NCBI GenBank assembly: GCA_965206745.1
Contig: OZ242220.1
Location: 1,152,001-1,216,000 of the forward strand
Reading direction: 5' to 3'
Source: Nitrosopumilus sp.
GTDB taxonomy: Archaea; Thermoproteota; Nitrososphaeria; Nitrososphaerales; Nitrosopumilaceae
DNA: 64,000 nucleotides
The notes beneath the pieces are model-generated. The model had not been told where the DNA came from. It saw only the letters and a list, made by a program, of their open reading frames with translations, and did no database searches. This document shows, one piece after another, positions 1-7,252 of the stretch. The stretch's first letter is position 1; the number at the start of each line of letters is the position of its first letter. Both the position numbers and the translations under genes were made by a program.

Positions 1-309
1 TTGTATCAGATCTTACATCCAAAAGTTTCAATCAAGAAGAATCCACGCATCATAAGCGAGATGGAGGCAGATGTGTGGTTTGAGCCCGAATTGGTAATTG
101 AGATAGTCGCATCAGAAATTACGCTCAGTCCAATCCATAAAGCCGCAATGGGCGCAATACGAAAAGATACAGGGCTGGCTTTGAGATTTCCAAAATTCAC
201 AGGGAAGATCAGGCTGGAGAAAGCAGTGGAGGATGCATCAACCAATGAGGAGGTTCTCACGCTATACAAAGGACAGAAGAAGGTAGCACATGAGAAAAAT
301 TTAATGTGA
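1..309 (+). CDS. lig: ATP-dependent DNA ligase, C-terminal OB-fold part (5' truncated by window edge)
   Basis: DVWFEPELVIEIVASEITLSPIH and motif VI ALRFPKF..IR.EK of archaeal/eukaryal DNA ligase I. Confidence 0.93.
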   Translation: MYQILHPKVSIKKNPRIISEMEADVWFEPELVIEIVASEITLSPIHKAAMGAIRKDTGLALRFPKFTGKIRLEKAVEDASTNEEVLTLYKGQKKVAHEKNLM

Positions 310-376
310 TTTATGCTCAAAAAATATCCAAAATCATAGAGGATTTAAATTACCACGAGATATTTTCATTTATGTT

Positions 377-1030
377 ATGTATAGTGGAGAGCTTGAAGTT
401 CAAGCAAAAAGAAAGGCCATAGCAGTTTTACAAGACGAAATCAACAGAATTCTAAATGCGTCCAGAGAACTTGCAACGCTTCCTGAATTAATGATGAAAA
501 AGGACAAGGCAGGAATAAAAAACACGCTAGAGCAAATTTCAACAATCGAGGAGGAAGTTGAAAATTTGAGAAGGAAGATCACACGTGAAGTTGCAGATGT
601 GGGAGGATTAATCATGAACAGAGAAAATCTTTTGAACACAGCATACACGATGGATGAGATTGCAGGTTACATTACAGGCATCTCATTTAAGCTATCAAAT
701 GTAAAAATTACAACGCTAAAGAGTGCAAAGCTGGATACGGACATTACAAAATTGATTGAATTGGTGGTAGACGAAGTTTACAAACTAAATGAAATCATTC
801 GTAGTCTCAATACAAACACTGCAAATGCCATTGAATTAGCACAGGAAACACAGACAATTGAAAGAGAGATCGACATAAAATACAGACAGGCCACGATAAA
901 ACTCCTAACGGCAGTTACAAATACAAAAGAACTGTTGTTGATCAAAGATGTAATAGAGGGAATCGAGGAGATGTCAGATAAATGTCAAAGGGTTTCAGAT
1001 TCTTTCATACTGCTAGCACTAAGCCTGTGA
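377..1030 (+). CDS. DUF47 / PhoU-like phosphate transport regulator family protein
   Basis: All-helical 217 aa with two repeats of the IEEEVE..RR / IEREID..YR and D.IEE.SD patterns. Confidence 0.8.
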   Translation: MYSGELEVQAKRKAIAVLQDEINRILNASRELATLPELMMKKDKAGIKNTLEQISTIEEEVENLRRKITREVADVGGLIMNRENLLNTAYTMDEIAGYITGISFKLSNVKITTLKSAKLDTDITKLIELVVDEVYKLNEIIRSLNTNTANAIELAQETQTIEREIDIKYRQATIKLLTAVTNTKELLLIKDVIEGIEEMSDKCQRVSDSFILLALSL

Positions 1031-1120
1031 CCAAAGTCTCATATTTTTACTTTATTTTCAATTTTGAGCGGCGCTCCGCGTCACTAGAGAATTCATATAC
1101 AGACAGAAGGTTGCAAGTAT

Positions 1121-1657
1121 ATGAAAAGTGAGTTAATTGAAAACAGAATCATAGTATGGAATATCGAGGATTCAAAGAAACTTTTCAGCCAGGGATACTA
1201 TGGCAAGCCCATTGGAATTCCAAAACCAAAAATTGAAGAGATAGACGCACCCCTAATCCTAGATCTAATCGAAGGGCTGTACTTGTTGGAAAATAAAAAA
1301 ATTACGATTACAAAATCAAAACAAAGAATTTCCGTGGAGGGATTAATAGAGATATGCAAGAAGGAAGTTTTTGAGTTTGATAAAAAGTATCTAGTGTACA
1401 GGAACTTTAGAGACAAAGGATACATCATCAACCCTGGAATAAAATTTGGATGTGACTTTGCAGTTTATGAAAAAGGCCCAGGCATTGATCACGCCCCATT
1501 TTTAGTTCAAGTGTACACAAGGAGTGAATCAATATCATCAACAGCAATAGTTCTGGCAGGAAGATTGGCAACAACGGTCAGAAAACAATTCATTTTGGCA
1601 ATCCCAAAAGGCAAAGACAAGGTGGACTTTTTGGCGCTAGATTGGTGGAAAGCTTAA
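1121..1657 (+). CDS. endA: tRNA-splicing endonuclease, catalytic subunit
   Basis: LDLIEGLYL, YLVYRNFRDKGY, GIKFGCDFAVY, GPGIDHA, RLATTVRK: catalytic Tyr/His/Lys present. Confidence 0.92.
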   Translation: MKSELIENRIIVWNIEDSKKLFSQGYYGKPIGIPKPKIEEIDAPLILDLIEGLYLLENKKITITKSKQRISVEGLIEICKKEVFEFDKKYLVYRNFRDKGYIINPGIKFGCDFAVYEKGPGIDHAPFLVQVYTRSESISSTAIVLAGRLATTVRKQFILAIPKGKDKVDFLALDWWKA

Positions 1658-2037
1658 ACAGACTTTATGTGAGCTGCTATTTTATCATAAATTTCAAAAA
1701 GTTCTTTGGTGATTCCAAAAGCGATATGGTTGTCCCATTTACTTCTGATTCTGACTGCCACTTCTGTAGGCTCAACATAGATGGTGGCATCTTTGATGGA
1801 TTGTTTTGCTATCATTTCATTGAGTTCAGTGTCAGCGTTTAGTTTTGAGGCCAAACTTCCAGGGCCATCCCATTCCACCTTAACTATGGTCTTTGTTCCA
1901 AAATGACCCCTAGTGGCCAGTTTAGTTTTTGCAACATAGTTGGCAAACTCCAAACCAGCAGATTTTCTAACTATAAACTGGGCTTGAAATCTGTCTAGTG
2001 CGCCCCATGGAAGTGGATTTGTATCTTGCATTCCCAT
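1654..2037 (-). CDS. hypothetical protein
   Basis: 127-aa ORF with protein-like composition, 2 nt downstream of the upstream minus-strand ORF. Confidence 0.7.
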   Translation of the reverse strand: MGMQDTNPLPWGALDRFQAQFIVRKSAGLEFANYVAKTKLATRGHFGTKTIVKVEWDGPGSLASKLNADTELNEMIAKQSIKDATIYVEPTEVAVRIRSKWDNHIAFGITKELFEIYDKIAAHIKSV

Positions 2038-2039
2038 CC

Positions 2040-2279
2040 CTATCCCTTTTGAATAATTTGTATTGCGTCAATATTTGAATTCTTGAGATCAATACATCCT
2101 CGATTAGTCACCATTCTTGGTGTTTGGGCAAAATATCTACTATAATAATCGTCTCTTTCAATTTCATCAGTTCCAATCTCTTTAGATTCAGAATCTATGC
2201 CGATCTCTTTTAACATTGAAGAAAATTTCTCAGGCCATGATTGGTAGACAAATGTGTCTGATTCTGTATCATGCATCAA
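2040..2279 (-). CDS. hypothetical protein
   Basis: 79-aa ORF with a TTTATT box about 25 nt upstream; coupled to the next ORF. Confidence 0.65.
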   Translation of the reverse strand: MMHDTESDTFVYQSWPEKFSSMLKEIGIDSESKEIGTDEIERDDYYSRYFAQTPRMVTNRGCIDLKNSNIDAIQIIQKG

Positions 2280-2374
2280 AAATCATGAATCATACCCACA
2301 AATAAAGATATCAAGAAAAAATCAGGGCAGGGATCAATCAAAATAAATATCACAAAAGTTTTGTCAGTTCATCT

Positions 2375-4147
2375 ATGCTGAAATTTCAAGGCAAACTCGC
2401 ACTAATTACTGGCGGTGGTACAGGCATAGGCCAAGCAATCGCCAAGAGGTTCGTAGAAAACGGTGCCAGCGTAATCATCATGGGTAGACGAAGGGAGCCA
2501 TTAGATGAAACATCAAAGATGCTAGAGGGGATCATCTCTGAAAAAAATAGCGGGGCATCAGTCAGGATATTTTCAGGTGTGGATGTCGCAGATGAAGCTG
2601 CAATGAATGGAATGTTTGAATCACTAAGTAAAGACAGCATTACAATAGATTACCTAATTAACAACGCAGGAGTTTCAGGTCCCGTAACGTGTTTTGCAAA
2701 TGCGACAATGGATGAATTTAAAAGTACAATAGCAATTCACCTGACAGGTACGTTTTGGGGATCTGTTCAAGCATTAAAGGTAATGAAACAGGGCGCAAAA
2801 ATAATTACAATCTCAACATTTTTCACAGAGGAGCGACCATTAGAACAGAGGCCCTACAGGTTTAGAAGTCCATATACAGCATCACAGGGCGCCAAAAATA
2901 GATTGGCAGAGCTGATGTCTTGGGAATTGACAGAGAAGGGGATTATTTCAATTGCGACAAATCCAGGCCCCGTTCATTCAGATAGGATTTACAAGACGGT
3001 GTATCCAAAAGCCGCTGCAGAATTTATGAGGGTCAGTGGATTCGAAGATCTAGTTCCCACAGAGGTGGATGCAGCAAATAAAGAACTGTTGGCATTGCTA
3101 GGAGAGGACGAGGGAGTAATCAAAGAAGGAATTGCAAAAGCTGCTCAAAAACTGGCAAACGGTAAGGATGCCAGCAAGCTTGCAGAGACGTTTACAAACC
3201 TACTAAATAAGATTCAAACCATAGCTGAAAAAGTTCAAAACAACACATCGCATATGATTGCAAACCAAGAATTTCTATCACAGGAGCAGGTTTCAGAATC
3301 AGTTCTTAACTTGTGCGATGATCATATAGCAAAAATACTAAACGGCAAAGTGATTCCAGGGGACAGAGTGTTTTATCCTGTAAAACCTCACATCGGAACT
3401 ACAACGCCGGGAGTCCACCAACCTGACTTTGCAGGAAAAGCAGTTGTCTTTACAATTGATGCAACAGACAAAACAGATGCGCAGAGGGTTGAATTTTTGG
3501 CACAGCATGTTGAAAAGAACGGAGGCAAAGTAGCATGCTTTATCTCACAGACGACCCCGACAGAACTTCAAGAATACATCAGTGGCAAATTCCACTCACA
3601 TGTTGTAGATATTAAAAATGCCAAAGAGGTTGAGAGGTGGCTAAACACGGCCAGAACAAACATCGGAGAAGTTCTAGGAGTGGTTCACGTTACAGGAAGG
3701 TTGACTGAGGGCATAAAGTTAACAGAACTGTCACGTGCTCAATGGGAAGCACTAGTTGAGAAATTCATATCCACCCCTGCAAATGTGGCACAAAGGGCAC
3801 TAGAGCAGTTCGTACCGGGAGGAAACAGAGATCCTCGACTGTACAAAGATGCAAGGGGAGCAATCATGATTATCGGCCCCGACCTGCCAATTGGGAGAAA
3901 AGTGACCGGAACACAAAGGGCACAAATAGAAGTCTTTAGGGGGGCACTAAGGCCATTTACCACAACTGTAAACCAGGAGCTAAGCGATGTGCTAAAATCA
4001 CGGATCAGAATGTTTACAGTCCTCCCAGGTTCTGTAACAGGTTCAGAGCCAGATAACCAAAGAATTGCAGATGCATTTAACTTTCTAGTCTCGGAGAGCT
4101 CTGCCTCATCGTCAGAAGTGACCTTCTGTATAGACGAATCAAGATAA
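2375..4147 (+). CDS. Two-domain SDR oxidoreductase resembling the C-terminal half of bifunctional malonyl-CoA reductase
   Basis: TGGGTGIG, GRR (NADP-type), DYLINNAG, YRFRSPY (YxxRxxY), PGPVHSDR; second degenerate Rossmann domain in the C-terminal half. Confidence 0.85.
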   Translation: MLKFQGKLALITGGGTGIGQAIAKRFVENGASVIIMGRRREPLDETSKMLEGIISEKNSGASVRIFSGVDVADEAAMNGMFESLSKDSITIDYLINNAGVSGPVTCFANATMDEFKSTIAIHLTGTFWGSVQALKVMKQGAKIITISTFFTEERPLEQRPYRFRSPYTASQGAKNRLAELMSWELTEKGIISIATNPGPVHSDRIYKTVYPKAAAEFMRVSGFEDLVPTEVDAANKELLALLGEDEGVIKEGIAKAAQKLANGKDASKLAETFTNLLNKIQTIAEKVQNNTSHMIANQEFLSQEQVSESVLNLCDDHIAKILNGKVIPGDRVFYPVKPHIGTTTPGVHQPDFAGKAVVFTIDATDKTDAQRVEFLAQHVEKNGGKVACFISQTTPTELQEYISGKFHSHVVDIKNAKEVERWLNTARTNIGEVLGVVHVTGRLTEGIKLTELSRAQWEALVEKFISTPANVAQRALEQFVPGGNRDPRLYKDARGAIMIIGPDLPIGRKVTGTQRAQIEVFRGALRPFTTTVNQELSDVLKSRIRMFTVLPGSVTGSEPDNQRIADAFNFLVSESSASSSEVTFCIDESR

Positions 4148-4149
4148 GA

Positions 4150-4602
4150 ATGATAAAGTTCTCAGAGTTTAGAGTGGGTGATGCATTTTATTCCACATGC
4201 AGTATTTCAGACAAAGAGCTAGAAGAATATCTAAAATTTTCCAGAGTCAAAAACGCATTCTTGAAAGATAAAAGAGACGGTGGGCGACAACTAGTATCCG
4301 GAAGAGCAATCCTGTCAAGGATGGAGGGGGAATTTACCAGACTGACTCAGGTTTATGGAAATGATATAATTTTTCTTGGGACAGACGGGGATTCTCAATG
4401 GAAAAATAGGAACACCAGATTTCTCAAACCATTCTATACGGATCAGGTATTGAAATTGAAATTTACAATTTCACAAAAAGAAGACATTGATGAAGAATTT
4501 GGGAAAATTTTTGTTGATTATGAGGGGACCTTGCAAGAGGGCAAAATCATAGTAATATCAAAGAAGAATATCTACAGGATTAAAAAAGAGCCACCCAGAT
4601 AG
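4150..4602 (+). CDS. Hotdog-fold (MaoC-like) protein
   Basis: N-terminal FSEFRVGD, LVSG..IL, RFLKPFYTD..L pattern typical of MaoC dehydratase-like hotdog proteins; 2 nt after the SDR. Confidence 0.6.
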   Translation: MIKFSEFRVGDAFYSTCSISDKELEEYLKFSRVKNAFLKDKRDGGRQLVSGRAILSRMEGEFTRLTQVYGNDIIFLGTDGDSQWKNRNTRFLKPFYTDQVLKLKFTISQKEDIDEEFGKIFVDYEGTLQEGKIIVISKKNIYRIKKEPPR

Positions 4603-4611
4603 AATTCAAAA

Positions 4612-4674
4612 TCAATCTTCTGATTCTTCATCGTCTCTTCTTGACGGCCTTATAGGGACAAACATTATGGTCAT
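4612..4674 (-). CDS. putative 20-aa micro-protein MTIMFVPIRPSRRDDEESED
   Basis: Read manually: ATG 4674 to TGA 4612; TTAAATA box about 22-28 nt upstream, leaderless geometry. Confidence 0.35.
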   Translation of the reverse strand: MTIMFVPIRPSRRDDEESED

Positions 4675-4852
4675 ATGAAAGATTGATTTGTTTTGTATTT
4701 AACAGAGACGTACAAATCATACTTGAATTATTTCAACATGCAAGACAAAATCCAAGTTTCCGCGCATTATCCCGAGAGGCCAGTCAAGTCGGAGTGTTTC
4801 GAATTACTGTTCAGTCATATGCTTGAGGGAATTCCTCTTTAATCATCAAAAA

Positions 4853-5623
4853 TTAAATTCTTGAAAAAAATAATTCAAGTGAATTTTCAAATTGCTTATT
4901 TAATTTTTGAAGATGGGCCGTATCTACCAAAAGAGCCTGTTCATCAAACCAAGGTTTTGACAAATACAAATTCCTATTCATCTCAACTTGAATCCAAGGA
5001 ATCGGGTTATTTCCATATGTTCTGATAATACGCCCTCCATGAAACGGGTCATTTAGGGAGATGTCTTTTCTGCCTATGCCATAAGATTCTGAGATAGAGT
5101 CAGCTAAAAGTTCCAACATCTCTTGTGATGATGTTTCCCCATCATTGTTTGACAAACAAAACAACGGTCTCTTGTTGTTATTTCCATCTGGTGAAATTTC
5201 TGGCGCAACTGATGCCATAGAATGACAATCCAAACACAATTGTAAATCTAGTTTTTTGAGAGATTGTTCAATAGATTTATGATACGGGTTATAATACAAC
5301 TCGATCAGTAGAGTTCTAAGAGCATCATCAGGTTCCTTATTTTCAACATAGATTGGTTTCCGATAACAAGTCAAACTCTTGATCAAGCCGTCGGGATTAT
5401 CAGGAGGCATGTCTTGTAATGAACGATTAAGATCAACAAATGCGCGGGCAATATTTGTCTTGATTACACGTTGAACTTTATCCCCTAAATCATACAGATC
5501 CACTGCAAAAGGATCTGAATCATCAAACAGATCTTTGTGTGTAATAGACAAATGGCCTGCAAGTTCTGCAGGCTTTTGCATCCCACCGTGCGGAATTGAT
5601 AGCAATACAGGAAGTGTATTCAA
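4853..5623 (-). CDS. N-formylglutamate amidohydrolase family protein
   Basis: SIPHGG, DSDP, ARAFVDLNR, YYNPYH, LDCHSM, NDPFHGG, IQVEMNR.LY motifs intact. Confidence 0.9.
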   Translation of the reverse strand: MNTLPVLLSIPHGGMQKPAELAGHLSITHKDLFDDSDPFAVDLYDLGDKVQRVIKTNIARAFVDLNRSLQDMPPDNPDGLIKSLTCYRKPIYVENKEPDDALRTLLIELYYNPYHKSIEQSLKKLDLQLCLDCHSMASVAPEISPDGNNNKRPLFCLSNNDGETSSQEMLELLADSISESYGIGRKDISLNDPFHGGRIIRTYGNNPIPWIQVEMNRNLYLSKPWFDEQALLVDTAHLQKLNKQFENSLELFFSRI

Positions 5624-7252
5624 TTAAATGCCCTCTGCGATCCCATCACGCCTGACCTCTGCCACGCCATGAAATTCATTTTTCGATTGACATTTCATTA
5701 TTGCATGAATTGCACCATGATAAAACGAGTATCTGTCCTTTACAGAAATTTCATAGCCCATTTCCTTGAGATATTCAATTATTTCAGTACGAAATCCCCC
5801 ATCCTCAATGCTGACAGTGCCATTAATGGAGCAATGGAATCGGGGTTTCTCTATTGCAGTACTCATTGACAGATCCCCATCAATTAGCCTTGAAAGAAAC
5901 TGCGTGATGGTAGAGAAGATCCTCTGGCTGCCAGGACTGCCAAGCACCATCCAGAGCTTTGAATTGTTGAAGACCAAGGCAGGGGATACAGAAGTCCAAG
6001 GAATGGAGTTGGGTCTGACATAGAAAGGATGGTTCGGATTTGTGAATTCAAATGCAGACATGTAATTATTGTATAGAAACCCCAAGCCATCAGCTGCTGT
6101 CTTTGAACCATACACAAGTTCCACGGACTGGGTGATCCCTACTGCATTTCCTTGATCATCCATGGTGGAGAGATGGGTTGTGTCTTCGCCTCCAAAATCA
6201 GGATCTATCATCGGCAAAGTGGCATCCATCGAATTGTGTATTGATTCGGCCATCTGTTTTGCAAAGGATCTTTGGAGATGAACCTTCTCCTCAATTTGAT
6301 CATAGGTATGGCGGTTAAATGGCTGTTGCATTCTGTGCAGGAATGCCTTTCTGAAAGTTTCTGCAACAAAATGGTACGAGCCGGGTTTTGAGCTACGTAG
6401 AAACTTTGAAGGCAGATGGTTGAGCATCATCAATGTAAGTAGCAATGTATTTCCCGCAGCAGGAGGGGGCAGAGTGACGACTGAAACGTGACGGTATTTT
6501 CTGCTAATGGTCTTTCTTTGAATGGGTTCAGGAATATATGCCAAATCTTCTTCCTGAATCAACCCACCATTATTTTTCATGTCCTGGGCAATTTTTTTGG
6601 CAATTTCACCATGGTAAAAAATCTGATACCCGTATTTTGAGATCAATGTGAGTGTTTCAGACAGATCTTCTTGGATGAATCTATCCCCGACATCATATGG
6701 CACTAGGCCGTCTTTGAGAAAGTATTTTGCTCCAGATTTTGACTTGATCGAAAGGAAATTTTCCAGCTCCTTCTCTTGCAAATCATGTTGGAGTTGGGTG
6801 ATTTTGTATCCTTTTTTTGCAATGTGGATTGACGGCGCAACAATTTTTTGCCACTCTAAACTACCGTACCTTTCATGTAAAAATCCAATCAAGGCAAGAG
6901 TACTAGGAACAGTGGTTGCCTTGTATCCAAGACGACGATTTTTCTTGTTTGCATATACAGAAGAGTGAACCAGTGAGGGGGACCTGCTAGAACCGTCAAT
7001 TGCGTATGATTTTCCATCGACATGGATAATCCCCATAGATTGGCCTCCGATTCCAGATGCCTGAGGCTCACACACACCCAACGCAAGGGCAGTCGCACAG
7101 GCAGCATCAATGGCATTTCCGCCTTTTTTGAGCATGTCTACTCCAGCTTTAGTAGCATCAGAAAAGGCTGATGAGACCATTCCTTTTTTTGCAACAGAGC
7201 ATTTTTTGTCAGATGTCTGTTTGAACGAATTTTCTATCTGCTCGACGTTCAT
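5624..7252 (-). CDS. ggt: gamma-glutamyltransferase family (Ntn hydrolase), cytoplasmic
   Basis: GGNAIDAA, EPQASGIGG, TVPSTL, PPPAAG, autocleavage site ED/TTHLS, GSPGS, PRFH; no signal peptide. Confidence 0.92.
   Translation of the reverse strand: MNVEQIENSFKQTSDKKCSVAKKGMVSSAFSDATKAGVDMLKKGGNAIDAACATALALGVCEPQASGIGGQSMGIIHVDGKSYAIDGSSRSPSLVHSSVYANKKNRRLGYKATTVPSTLALIGFLHERYGSLEWQKIVAPSIHIAKKGYKITQLQHDLQEKELENFLSIKSKSGAKYFLKDGLVPYDVGDRFIQEDLSETLTLISKYGYQIFYHGEIAKKIAQDMKNNGGLIQEEDLAYIPEPIQRKTISRKYRHVSVVTLPPPAAGNTLLLTLMMLNHLPSKFLRSSKPGSYHFVAETFRKAFLHRMQQPFNRHTYDQIEEKVHLQRSFAKQMAESIHNSMDATLPMIDPDFGGEDTTHLSTMDDQGNAVGITQSVELVYGSKTAADGLGFLYNNYMSAFEFTNPNHPFYVRPNSIPWTSVSPALVFNNSKLWMVLGSPGSQRIFSTITQFLSRLIDGDLSMSTAIEKPRFHCSINGTVSIEDGGFRTEIIEYLKEMGYEISVKDRYSFYHGAIHAIMKCQSKNEFHGVAEVRRDGIAEGI

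Noticed and set aside
1060-1090. GC-rich GAGCGGCGCTCCGCGTC next to endA as a tRNA or BHB substrate
   Set aside because: Too short; no cloverleaf, T-loop or clear bulge-helix-bulge; at most a small hairpin
4853-5623. hutG of histidine utilisation
   Set aside because: No hutH/U/I/F in the window; context is a ligase/GGT operon
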